Shown: positions 48,036-60,736 of the stretch, one piece after another
How the letters are laid out: each line of letters begins with the position of its first letter
How positions within the stretch are numbered: the stretch's first letter is position 1
DNA from: Albugo candida
Taxonomy: Eukaryota
DNA length: 64,000 bases
NCBI GenBank assembly: GCA_040437565.1
Contig: JBDOQK010000083.1
Location: 1-64,000 of the forward strand
Reading direction: 5' to 3'
Translations under genes and position numbers: made by a program
Notes under the pieces: model-generated
Database searches by the model: none
Told to the model about the DNA's origin: nothing
Seen by the model: the letters and a program-made list of their open reading frames with translations, nothing else

Positions 48036-48417
48036 TGCTATAAACATATCAAAAAAAGAAGTGGTTCCTTGTGCCCTTCACGTAGCAGTTCGAACGTTTG
48101 AGGTGACTCTACTCATAATTGATGATTGTTCAGTAGTGAGAGTACTAGGTGGCAACGAGTATCAAGGGTGAGTGGATTGTCATCAGAGAAATGTTTATGA
48201 CATATAGGAGGAACGTAACCGGACCATCACGTCAGCAGGTTTACTGTACTATACATGGAATGGTGAAACACGTAATAGTTTTGCGGTCGTTGGTATTCGA
48301 AAGTGGACACCTCAGCAGAGCTCGTTGATTGGTAGAAATGTCAAATACGAGGTACACCATCTACACATCAGGTTAGACCACCCGGATGCAATCAGTGCAC
48401 GTTTGAGCAAGCCACTC

Positions 48418-48515
48418 ATTGGCTCACGTTTCGCTGTAGAACTAAATGATTGGCTCACAACTTTATATGTAGAGTTTTGATTGGATATCAAGTCTATATG
48501 TAGAATCCCGATTGG
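48418..48515. promoter_or_regulatory. Array of four CCAAT boxes (ATTGG) at exact 31-bp spacing
   Basis: ATTGG at 48418, 48449, 48480 and 48511, immediately upstream of ATG 48536. Confidence 0.7.
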
Positions 48516-48535
48516 TTTCTTGCAAATGCGCACGT

Positions 48536-50116
48536 ATGAGGGTAACGGAGGAAATCAGTGACACATCTAATTCGCAAGTACCCACAGCTGCATGCACTGC
48601 TCAGGATGACATCTCACATATGGAGACGGGTCATGAAACCTCCTCCTCGCCGTGTCGTCTGGGTAGCGCCAACAACGGTACGGTCGACACAGATCGAATT
48701 GCGCAGCACTTTACAAATGTTATCGGACATGATCAGAAACTCTCTGAGGTATAATAACTACCGTTTGTAATACTTGTATTATTTTATCCTCTCGGTACTA
48801 CATTATAGGATATACTGAAGCTCATTCCGTCACCCGGTTTATCAATGCCAATTCCGACCATCAAAGTCTACACATCACATTTTCACAGCTGCCAATGAGC
48901 TCAAACTTCCGTTTTCTCTGTAGTTTACGCCAAATGCGGTCGAAAATGCCGAGACGTCCGCTGAATCAAGCAGTCGCTTTACCTGTATAAATGAAACCCA
49001 GTCCGATGTATACGAATGCGTCATAAGGAAGCAAAACGGATGTATCGGCCTCACATTGGCGTGCGTGGACGATCATGTTCAAATAACGGCCGTAATGGAT
49101 GGAACACCTGCTTCGCGTTGTGGCCTTCGTGTTGGCGACATAGTCGTCGCAGTCTCGGGGCTCCCTGTTTCCGAACTTCAATTCAGCAACATTATCGGGT
49201 ATCTGAAATCGAATGCAAGAAAATCGGTTGTTTTGAAGCTTCGAAGAAACCCATGTGCGTTTTCTTTGTCACCACTTGTCGATCTCTTACTCGTCTATAA
49301 GTCCAAAGCAATAGTCCAACGCTGAACGCCAAACGCCTTCGAAATGGGTCCGTTAAGGAAACCAAATTACAGCCAATCATTGACGGGGAAATGGAACAAG
49401 CGAAAAGCGAAAAAGACATGGAAGAAGACCAATTTGATTGTCAAAATGAGAAGCGATACGTCAAATTATGTCGAAAAGTATTCAAAACTTTGCGTCGAAT
49501 TCGAATGCAACGCGAACTGATGGAAAAGTGTCAAATAGAGGACGCTACGTCGAATCAGACACAAACTTCGATATTAACCACCTTAATTCGGGATAGTCGA
49601 CACGCTGTTTGGGAGCAAGAACGTCTGATTCTAGATATTGTAACTCGATTGCGGAATCAGACTCAGAATGCGGCTCTGTTTGGAATTGGAAACAGGATTT
49701 GTGAAGAAACGTTTTATGGCGTTCGTCAGTGTGTGTTGGATTTACTATTTGAATCAAAGTATCGCAAGGGTGTGTCAGAGGATAGAATGAGCCGATTTGC
49801 CGCAATTCACGCGGACATGGGCAGAGTGGATAATGGGAATGAAGTTACAACCCAATCGGAAGTTTTCAAAGTGGAATTAGATGCTTGTGCGGTTATTTTG
49901 CAGCATGATTTATCAGATCCTAATCTGATTCCGAATCATAAGGAAGAAATGAACGAGTGTAAGGTGTCTATCAGCGACGATGGCTTGGTGTGTATTTATC
50001 ATCGTCTAGACGAAGTATTGCATTTACTCTGGGAGTTTCGATCGACGAAATCACAGTGCGTTATGGAGACACTTCAAGGTGTCACTAAATCTACGTGCTC
50101 TAGAAATGCTACCTGA
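48536..50116 (+). CDS. PDZ-domain protein (multi-exon; boundaries approximate)
   Basis: 'IRKQNGCIGLTL..VQITAVMDGTPASRCGLRVGDIVVAVSG..V..LQFSNIIGYLK..VVLKLRR' PDZ; flanking ORFs linked by GT-AG introns. Confidence 0.7.
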
Positions 50117-50497
50117 AAGGTAAGCGACTACCACTATTTGCACTCTCGTCCGAGTGGAGCACTTGACGATGTATAATATGCGCGGTCGTTTCATTGGAGT
50201 ATGATAATCACCAATATCACGTGTGGGGGGCACCATACTCAATTCTCTTGATCCTGTATACCTGCGAGTCGTGTAGGCTAAATTACACTGCGTATACTCG
50301 ACTGCGGCACCTGTACACTGATCAGATGAATGAGATTTGCGGATTTCAGATATTAGCTGTGGTAGTTAAATGCACAACCGCTCAAGAGAGTACATCAAGA
50401 GAATCCACATGCTGACCACCAATTGATCGCTCGCAAGTTTGGCAGCTGTCGCGCTCATTTGTTGAATTCTAAATCGTTAGCGCAGCAGCTATATACC

Positions 50498-50838
50498 CAA
50501 GTCGGCTGTTTTTATCGTAAGGAGTGAGGGTTTGACAGCCGTTGCGTTGGGGCTCTAGATTCGTGATAGAATCGAGCNNNNNNNNNNNNNNNNNNNNNNN
50601 NNNNNNNNNNNNNNNNNNNNNNNNNNNNNNNNNNNNNNNNNNNNNNNNNNNNNNNNNNNNNNNNNNNNNNNNNNNNNGACAGCCGTTGCGTTGGGGCTCT
50701 AGATTCGTGATAGAATCGAGCGTATAGTTTACGTATACGACATTGAGGGCCTGTCACACTTATATAAGTGAAACCAAGCTGTAATCGGGAATAGGCGCAG
50801 GAAAAGAGTTTACTCCCTCAAACCTATAAGCCGACTTG
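50498..50838 (+). other. Candidate structured element (ncRNA or MITE-like), about 200 nt after collapsing the gap duplication
   Basis: Nested inverted repeats: CAAGTCGGCT/AGCCGACTTG, GGAGTGA/TTACTCC, GGTTT/AAACC, GACAG/CTGTC, plus three internal hairpins. Confidence 0.45.
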
Positions 50839-51503
50839 CGTCTCTATCTATTTATTGTTGGAGTAATGTCCTTTTAACAAATGTATTTACTGTAAAGTAG
50901 TAGGAAGCGCCGTGTAACGGTGAAGTCGGGTACTACTGAACACCTGTTTTTATGCAAACATAATTGTGTACCCGATCAAACCCTCTATTTGCAATGCATC
51001 ACGAAAGCTTACGGAACCAGTGAAGACAGACAATGCGTCGAATATCTGAGCGGTATGTGCGTATTTCCTAAGAGTGGATCGAATTCAACATCATCTTTTG
51101 GTTGATTATCGGTCGATTCGTGTTTGCTGCACCAAGTACATGATATCTGCCCCATACGAAAACGTCAATTTTCATCATACGTTTGATTGCAAAGGCAAGC
51201 ATCGATTCGTGCGTGCGTTTTGGTTTCCAACCTTGTGTAAATCTAAGGTCAAGGCGCAAATAAGTGCGGATTGTAATATATAGAAATGAGCAAAGCAATC
51301 GCTTAACATTTTGTAACAATATTTATCGAGAAGTCATAGACCAAAAAAAGTACCGACAGTTCTATCGCTTGCAAAAGTGTTAGTTCGTCGTGTAACAAGC
51401 GAACATAATTCGTGTTAGGGCTCGCTGAAATACATAATCAACCAATCAGCTTATTTCTAAAGCAAACTGCGACGACGTTTCCCTTACCACAACCAAAGAA
51501 AAC

Positions 51504-54222
51504 ATGAACGAAAGAGAAATTTCCTGGGCACAGTATGACGCTGACGTCGAGGATGGAATGAATGGTACTGAAAGCAGTCTTTCCTCTAACAGCAGCTGTA
51601 GTGATCTATCGACAAATTGGATACAATCCAGTCAAAGAATTCTCGAAGATTTCAGGCGCATCAAACAACGAAATCAAAGATACCACAACCACGACGACTT
51701 CTTTCACTCGTCAACAAACTCGTCCTCTTCATCCTCTTCAACCTCTTCTGATTCGTCACTTACCTCAAAGTCTCAGTGTATAAATACCGATATCTCAACT
51801 CAACTTGGCCTATTAGATGACATACATTCACCTGCCGACCAACAAGACCTACCATGTCAACCCTCCCTTGATGACTCTGACACTCAAGTCGGACGCCCAC
51901 CGATTCATTTTCACCCGTTCCAGCCTCGAAGCTGTACAATTTCCTCAAGTCTTCTCACATCGAACTCATTTCACACGACTGAGTTTCTTAAAGCTGTCAT
52001 AAAGCAATGTACTGCGCCAGTCGTTTGTCGGTATGAAGAGTCCAAGGGCAAAGCTATTGTTGCCAAAAAATTCATTCCTGGTGCTAGTCGGTTATGGACT
52101 GAGCACCCGCTAGTAGCCATCCAGCCCTTAAGCAACAAGACTCAATTGGATTGCTGTGACTATTGTTTCCTCCCGTTGTGTGGTGAGTACCGCAAAATGT
52201 GGGCGGAACTCTGTGAGGCATGGAAACAGATTCAAGTAACAACTTTCCTCAAGGAAAAAGAACTCAATGAGCCCATCCTCACGGACGATTTGGAACTTGT
52301 TCTTGATCGTTATGGCATTCAGAAGCAAAATTGCGGGCTCATGGGACCTGCTTGCTCCTGTGTTTGTGGAGAGTCCTACTGCTCAAAGCATTGTAGAGAC
52401 AAAGCTCTTGAAGAGTATCACATATTATTATGTCCTCGGATTCTACCTCACGAAATGGACCAACTCAATGCATTAATGAGGCAACGAGTACCCCTATCAA
52501 ACTTAAATGCGAACAGTCTAGCTGAAGAGTACTCACCAACGGCAGTCTTACACGCATACGCAAATTTGAACGATGATTACAGCCTTATTGTCAAACTTGT
52601 GGCCCGTATCGTATGCGACTTTATTCGTACAGGGAATCTCAATTCAGGTTTGGCGGTCGATGGATTCCACCGACGATCCATGAGTGATGTTCTTCTCAAA
52701 TTAGAAGGGCGATTTCAGTCGATCTCTACTTCCACCAACGCGAGTGCTTACAACGTACTTTTGAAAATGCATCAATCATTCGTTGAAGCAGTCCGATGGA
52801 GTCTTCAATTCCTTGAAGAAACGAACAAATTAAATAGCAAAAACGCTGAAGAAACTTTCAAAATGTGCTCTCAGGTTTTCAGTTTTGAATTTTTTATTGC
52901 TCTTTTTGAATCGATTGGCATGAATACTATCAGCATGGAGATTGATCATCCTATTCTCGCTCTGATCGATATACTCGATCCTCATGAGCTGGCGATGTCA
53001 TTTTCAGCATCCCAAGGACNNNNNNNNNNNNNNNNNNNNNNNNNNNNNNNNNNNNNNNNNNNNNNNNNNNNNNNNNNNNNNNNNNNNNNNNNNNNNNNNN
53101 NNNNNNNNNNNNNNNNNNNCCATCCTCACGGACGATTTGGAACTTGTTCTTGATCGTTATGGCATTCAGAAGCAAAATTGCGGGCTCATGGGACCTGCTT
53201 GCTCCTGTGTTTGTGGAGAGTCCTACTGCTCAACGCATTGTAGAGACAAAGCCCTTGAAGAGTATCACATATTATTATGTCCTCGGATTCTACCTCACGA
53301 AATGGATCAACTCAACGCATTAATGAGGCAACGGGTACCCCTATCAAACTTGAATGCGAACAATCTAGCTGAAGAGTACTCACCAACGGCAGTCTTACAC
53401 GCATACGTAAATTTGAACGATGATTACAGCCTTATTGTCAAACTTGTGGCCCGTATCGTATGCGACTTTATTCGTACAGGGAATCTCAATTCAGGTTTGG
53501 CGGTCGATGGATTCCACCAACGATCCATGAGTGATGTTCTTCTCAAATTAGAAGGGCGATTTCAGTCAATCTCAACTTCCACAAACGCGAGTGCTTACAA
53601 CGTGCTTTTGGAAATGCATCAATCATTTGTTGAAGCAGTCCGATGGAGTCTTCAGGTTCTTGAAGAAACGAACAAATTAAAGAGCAAAAATGCTGAAGAA
53701 ACTTTCAAAATGTGCTCTCAAGTTTTCAGTTTTGAATTTTTTATTGCTCTTTTTGAATCGATTGGCATGAATACTATCAGCATGGAGATTGATCATCCTT
53801 TTCTCGCTCTGATCGATATACTCGATCCTCATGAGCTGGCGATGTCATTTTCAGCATCCCAAGGACAAAGTGCGATTAATAGTGATGAAAACCTTTTGCG
53901 TGTGCGAAACGTACTTAAAGTGCTTCCTTGCTTGAAGCAACATCAAGAATCAGTCACCCAATTGCAAGGAATCACGGGATCAGCATTTTACTCGCTGATT
54001 TGCACACTGAATCGTAGTTGTGAGCCGAATGTGACCGTTTTATACACGAAGAATTGTGATGCTCATGTGGTTGCGATTCGAGACGTTGCTGAAGGAGAAG
54101 AGCTATGTATTGCTGATGTTGATGTTGATCTCGATGTGGATGCTCGAGATATCGTGTTGCACGAGTGTGATCCCAAGTGTGGTTGCACTTGTGTGCACGC
54201 GGGTCAGATGGTTGTAGTTTAA
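51504..54222 (+). CDS. SMYD-like SET/MYND protein A (central 747 bp duplicated across gap)
   Basis: 'KGKAIVAKKFI..LWTEHPLV..CCDYCF..CVCGESYCSKHC..YHILLC', 'GSAFYSLICTLNRSCEPN..AIRDVAEGEELCI'. Confidence 0.85.
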
Positions 54223-54402
54223 AAAGACGTCGACTTCATGATCTGATTCTGTGGTGGGCTCTCTATATGAATGCAGTCAAGTCCAGGAACTGAGTAATTG
54301 AGCACACCTTTGGCGACTACGGAACCAGAATTCTTCTGGATAGAACGTATATAGAACGTGTATAAGAAATGTAACCTTGATCATTATTACCATGTAACCT
54401 CA

Positions 54403-54967
54403 TCATATGTAAGTGAGCGTTTCCGGTGGACCGAATTTGCAGCTTCCAGGCTCGTACGATTCTACGTGAGATGCCATTTGTGCGATAGAGCAGCTTCCAC
54501 AGCAAAAAGAGTACGCAGCGTCTTTGGCCGGACCTCCAGGAATCCCGTATCGTTTCCGAATTGTTGTGCGCAATCGAGCGAGACTCAGTACGAGCGCAAT
54601 GACAGCAATGATAATAAGAAAATCCCAGAATGCACTTCTCGTGCAAGCTGCGATCAGCGCGACAAGATAGACGACACCAAATATTCCTATTACTTGGTTG
54701 TAGCTCAGAAGTCCAAGACGCTGCGAAATCTGAGCGACCGATATTCCAGGACAGCAAAATGACATAAATCCTAATTGTATGTTAATTATGTTGAGACAGA
54801 GAAGTATTCAAGTGCGTACCATTCGGAACGAGCGACTCGGTAAACCCAAACAAACCAGTTTTCCAGCGTCCTGTTACAATCCCATGTTCATCGGTTCCAG
54901 GAACGGAATTTCCTGACATAACTGCAATTTTAACATCTTGTGGCTGTGCAGATGGACTCGAGTGCAT
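54403..54967 (-). CDS. PLAC8-family Cys-rich membrane protein (2 exons; first exon duplicated at 55112-55211)
   Basis: 'WKTGLFGF..|FMSFCCPGISVAQI..LRTTIRKRYGIPG..SFCCGSCSIAQM'. Confidence 0.88.
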
Positions 54968-55609
54968 CGCGAGAGAATATTAGAAATATCTAGTGGATTT
55001 GTAAGATCCCANNNNNNNNNNNNNNNNNNNNNNNNNNNNNNNNNNNNNNNNNNNNNNNNNNNNNNNNNNNNNNNNNNNNNNNNNNNNNNNNNNNNNNNNN
55101 NNNNNNNNNNNGTCCTGTTACAATCCCATGTTCATCGGTTCCAGGAACGGAATTTCCTGACATAACTGCAATTTTAACATCTTGTGGCTGTGCAGATGGA
55201 CTCGAGTGCATCGCGAGAGAATATTAGAAATATCTAGTGGATTTGTAAGATCCCACTGTTAAATTCAACCACTAAGAGACGCTTAATTATAGATCAGATG
55301 TTGGATGCGTCGCCAATTTGATCGACGGCTACTAGCACGGTTCGCGTGTGAACCGTTCAGCAAATAATCGAGGTGATACTTGTAATAATATCAATATAAC
55401 ACACATATAGCAAACAATCAATTTATTTTACGATTTCACCGAAATTCTAACCTATGTACCCGCATCATTATCGCATGACTTAAACATATTTTTTTGACAC
55501 AATTTGGTACTTGATTCCAATTATTGGCCGGACAGGCCGTAACGTCCAAACCTGACTGGATCATTCTTTCTAGGACATTGTAACCCTTTGTCCTGACGTA
55601 AACGCTTAC

Positions 55610-57813
55610 TCAGGGCGAATCCGTTTCGTCGTATTGCACAGAGAGCTCCTCGCCTTGCTACACAATACACACATTACAATGGTAAACATTGGGCACCGCG
55701 AAAGCCGCACCCACCTTCACATTCTTGATCACAAAGACGCTAGCCTGTCCACTCCGAGTAAAAAGGACGGTACAATTCGGGGTGACATTGTGGTTCATAG
55801 TGCAAATGATTGGTAAGAAGGCGCTGCCAATCACATTCGGTATCAAGATATCCATTGAATCAGAATCAGAATCAGATAATTCCGCATTGGTTTCTGATAA
55901 CACCAACAATAGCGTTTGTTGTACGCGTTGAATGCTTTCTTCAAGAGTGCTTGAAATGAGTTGTTCGGTCTGTAAGTCCATCAATGATATCTGAAGCGTT
56001 TGGNNNNNNNNNNNNNNNNNNNNNNNNNNNNNNNNNNNNNNNNNNNNNNNNNNNNNNNNNNNNNNNNNNNNNNNNNNNNNNNNNNNNNNNNNNNNNNNNN
56101 NNNATTGGGCACCGCGAAAGCCGCACCCACCTTCACATTCTTGATCACAAAGACGCTAGCCTGTCCACTCCGAGTAAAAAGGACGGTACAATTCGGGGTG
56201 ACATTGTGGTTCATAGTGCAAATGATTGGTAAGAAGGCGCTGCCAATCACATTCGGTATCAAGATATCCATTGAATCAGAATCAGAATCAGATAATTCCG
56301 CATTGGTTTCTGATAACACCAACAATAGCGTTTGTTGTACGCGTTGAATGCTCTCTTCAAGAGTGCTTGAAATGAGTTGTTCGGTCTGTAAGTCCATCAA
56401 TGATATCTGAAGCGTTTGGAATGGATGATCGATTTCCATGCGAATGTTTTTCACAACAAACAATCCGACAAGCTGCGCATATACATCCACATTCAGGCAT
56501 TCTTTGCAGGCTGTTATAACCGATTCTGCAGTGAACGCTGGACTGGAACTTCCAATCGAATCTAAGAAACTGGCCACATTTTCCATCAATCCAACCATCA
56601 AGTACTCAAACGCTTGATGCAACACTGCTTCTAAACTTGCTCGAAATGCTTCCTCACTCTTCCCGTAATGTTCTTCTCTTTCAAATTCTGCTACATTCCA
56701 CCACGGTGGCGTATTGAATTGCTCAATGACAGCCCGCGCGTTTGGTAAATTGCTGGTCTTAATGTACCCAATCAAAATCTTGGCCAAAATTTTCGCTGCA
56801 AGAACAAATAGCTCATTCGTTTCTACGGAAACGAATTGTGAGAACGAATTGTGATGAATTGAATTGAATCGTACGTTTTGCGAATGCAAAAAATTGTGTG
56901 ATGGCCGAAACCTGTTGCTTGGAACCAGCGCAGAGGAGACCGTGTGAGTCCCAGAATGCATCCTGCTGACATTCGATAGAGCAGTATATCTCATCCTCAC
57001 AGGAAGGACACTTGACTGCGCTTTCCGCGAGCGAAAAAACTTCACAAGCATCTTGCAACCGCCCGATTGCAGACGACTCGACTTCGATCGGACTGAACGA
57101 CTTAGTCTGATGCATGCTAAAGTACGAAATTGTATCTCGCAGATCTTGCAGGCTTGCGATCTGATTCTGATTCGAAATTTTTCTCATTTGTGCGATTTGA
57201 TGGACACGAGCCCATTCCGCTTCTAATTCGATCAACGGCGTGAAACAATTGGCGCAACAAGTAATGTGCATTTTGTTGACTTCTTGTTGTAATGCGGCAT
57301 ATGGAANNNNNNNNNNNNNNNNNNNNNNNNNNNNNNNNNNNNNNNNNNNNNNNNNNNNNNNNNNNNNNNNNNNNNNNNNNNNNNNNNNNNNNNNNNNNNN
57401 NNNNNNGACTTAGTCTGATGCATGCTAAAGTACGAAATTGTATCTCGCAGATCTTGCAGGCTTGCGATCTGATTCTGATTCGAAATTTTTCTCATTTGTG
57501 CGATTTGATGGACACGAGCCCATTCCGCTTCTAATTCGATCAACGGCGTGAAACAATTGGCGCAACAAGTAATGTGCATTTTGTTGACTTCTTGTTGTAA
57601 TGCGGCATATGGAAGTTCTTTCCATAATAGTTCGGTTGGATGACAGGACTTGGTGGCGTAAATGGCTTTAGCGGTCTGATCAGAAGACACATGATTACAA
57701 GCGATTGGTGCAGAAGGAAGATGACGCTCTATTAATTGCTGAATGTAATTGCCAGCAATCGGAATCGATATTGGTTTCTCCTTCGCATCCACCGAATTTG
57801 CCGCTTTTATCAT
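55610..57813 (-). CDS. SMYD-like SET/MYND protein B (introns about 56823-56874 and 55658-55714; two gaps)
   Basis: 'AKAIYATKS..LLWKELPY..CCANCF..CPSCEDEIYCSIECQQDAFWDSHGLLC', 'GSAFLPIICTMNHNVTPN..KNVK|QGEELSVQY'. Confidence 0.8.
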
Positions 57814-58922
57814 GTTAATGCATACGTTTTTTGGAAGAAGATAATGTGCCGATGGTGTAAGCTCTATAGTGCGCGTTCGATGATAGGCGACATGGTAAAG
57901 ATGTTGACAATATAAGAAGAAAGACGTAGAAAAAAAGAAGGCAGTAAAGAGAACTCTTACTTAGTTGCTCTATGGAATTCCACATGGCGACCAATTCAAG
58001 GTTGTCATTGGATGATATTGTACACAGGAATATCAACATAGGAGATACATTGTATATTATACCAATCACAATGCGTAGAGGGCCGCCTATGTGAGAGACA
58101 CAGAACAAAGCCGCGCGTAATACGGTAGTTTTTCGTACAAAATGCGGCCATATTCGTCAGTACAGAGGCAGTTTGAGAATGAGAAGGTAACGACCCGGGT
58201 TTCTGTGCCGGGTCTGCGCGGTGACTTGGGGCAGGGATCCACACAATGATTAAAAGAAACGGCTTAACGAATTGCTCACAGTGGTCTCTACTATGCTATC
58301 ATTGCAGATTATAGATATCTTTCTGATCTATACATATGGACAAACGCAAATTTCACTACTCGGAACGACATGTTGCCCCATTGAGTCGAGAACGTCGGTG
58401 AGTATGTCGATACCAGGAGCGTCTCCAGGCGTGTGGTATCACAAAATGACGTATGAGGCGATTATGTGTCTCACGTTCCGGTGTGATGTGCGCGGCTTGC
58501 TTAACAAGAGTGACGCTATTCTATGTGAGACGTCTGACAAGTCGGGTAACCAATTGCTTCTACGGTCCTCCACATCCACACTTTCCTCCTATCAGGGTTG
58601 CGGAAGGAACTGTGCATAATTTGCTAGGCCAGAATAGTTTTTGTCCAATCACTTTACGTCGGATGGAAACACACGACTACGTCATTGATTAAAAAATCAA
58701 GCTTTAGCATTAGTTATATCGCAGCATCGGATGTAAGGGGGTTACTGCCGTAGTCAATTGTATGGCGTACTTAGGCAATCATGCTTGCAAAGAATACATG
58801 TATCCTCCATGGTAAAGTATTTGACACAGAGAAATGACTGTAACCTATACTTTTTTACCCAGACCTATAGGATGCGTAACCTCTTCATTTGGATAGAACG
58901 ATAAGATATGCAATAATAGCCG

Positions 58923-60497
58923 CTAGGAGATGTTTGCAGGTTTAAATACATTGAACCCATCGCCTGCAGTGCTCACAAGAACGCCGGGGCACTGCGGGTG
59001 AAAATGAAGCTCTTTGATATCTTTTTGCCCCTGATGAATGAATAATAATTGTGGAGGGACTTCACACTGTACCCCTTTCGAGTCCGCATCATTTATAAAA
59101 TCAGATGCATCCACGTCTTCTTCCACGCTTAAATCCCATATACTAATCTGATTATCTGCACCTGAGACAGCGATTACAGACTCATCGCACGGATGCCATT
59201 CCAGCGATGTGATTGGAGCTGTGTGATACCGAAAATGAGCGACTGGAGTTTCTCTACACAAATCAAATATTATGACAGACCATTAGGAATAGGTACACGA
59301 AATGACTTACGCTTTGAAATTTCGGAGATCCCAAATTTTGAAAGATCCGTCATCAGATCCAGATGCTAAGAGATGTGCGACATTTCGGTTCCAACTGAGT
59401 ACATTCACGTCATCATCATGACCTGTGACATTTATCATAGAGCCAGCTTTGCGTCGCGTGTCCCAGATCCGGATCGTTTTATCAGCAGAACCAGATGCAA
59501 ATACAGTGGCTTCGTTGGGACTCCATTGGAGGTCCTCAATAGAGCTCTGGTGACCTGAGAAGGGGACTTTGTCGATCACCCAGGCGCTCTCTTGAGGCAA
59601 CCATCGATAGATAAATTTGCTACAGTCACCCGTTAGCAGGTGGCCTTTCGAAACAAGCGACCAATCCATTGCAAAGCCTTCCTCTGGATGGCCGTGAAAT
59701 GTTTGCACAGGTATCACCTTTGTCGCTATCGATGGATCATTTCCATTCAAAGAATCAAGTTGTGTTGAAATATCCCAAATATGAACCTTTCCAGTATCAG
59801 ACCACGTAGCAACAATTGAAGAGGATTGATGCATCGAGCGTATACGATTAATGCCTCCTTTATGCGGTATTGTGCGTGTATGTAGAACTGAATTGTGGTC
59901 CGTGTTATTTTCTGAGTCTGAGTCATCCGAATCAGATTGTGATGTTTTGCTGCGATGTAATTCAGTCATTTTCATGATAGTGATCTGATTCTCTTCAGAT
60001 TTGAGCGCTTGTGATCCAGCAACCATAAAAACAGTCATTGGAAACTAGTGAAAAGCAATGTTAGCACAAAACACTAAGCAATACACATGATCATCACATA
60101 CTTGAGTACGACAGTTGCCTAAATCGTCTCGGAGGATATCGATACTCAAAGCAGGCCATTCGGCAGTTATTGCGTGGTACATATCATAAGCGCTACTATC
60201 ATAATCGAGTTCTTCGTCCTCTGCAAGAGTATCAACACCAGGTAAAAACACTTTGTGTTGTGTGTGCATATGGGAACGGTCTTCCTCTTGCATGGCTTGA
60301 TCATCATTATCTGTGGCATCAACAACCACATTATCTTCTTCCGAGTCATGCATGAAATCGTCTTCGCTATCGCCTTCACTTTCGGAAAAGCTTTCACAAT
60401 TTGCATTGTCTTCATGATCATCTATCCCATGAGCTTGATCTGAAACTTCCGATGGGTTTGATGCCGCTTTTTGGTGATTTCCAGTCTTTGGCTTCAT
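58923..60497 (-). CDS. GRWD1: GRWD1/Rrb1 WD40 ribosome assembly factor (3 exons)
   Basis: 'EELDYDSSAYDMYH..EWPALSIDI', 'EGFAMDWS', 'SIEDLQWSPNE..VFASGSADKTIRIWD', 'PPQLLFIHQGQKDIKELHFH'. Confidence 0.93.
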
Positions 60498-60736
60498 TGA
60501 TCCTTGATATCCAGCCACCGCAAAGAAGCAGCTGATTGGGTACTTGGTAGTATATTACTGGTTAATAATCACGTCGTGTTTACGTGCACGATTGGCTGAA
60601 AGATGAATGTCTATGGCACATCCGTAGCTCATGTTATTTACGAGACACAAAACTAGGAGGAAGAAATTGATTAAATCAATATGATTGGGCTGTTACGTCG
60701 TGACATCCTATTGGCGATAATGTGCTAGCTCAGAGT

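Noticed and set aside
50825-50845. Minus-strand ACGCAAGTCGGCTTA matches the RNase P/MRP CR-V pattern
   Set aside because: No complementary CR-I (GGAAAGUC.. type) found upstream on that strand to form P4
56813-57051. Apparent frameshift in SMYD gene B
   Set aside because: A GTACG...TAG intron (about 56823-56874) joins the frames
57815-58900. Possible membrane-protein ORF or structured RNA (GACCCGG/CCGGGTC hairpin near 58192-58214)
   Set aside because: No recognisable domain or consistent exon chain, and only isolated short stems; insufficient support
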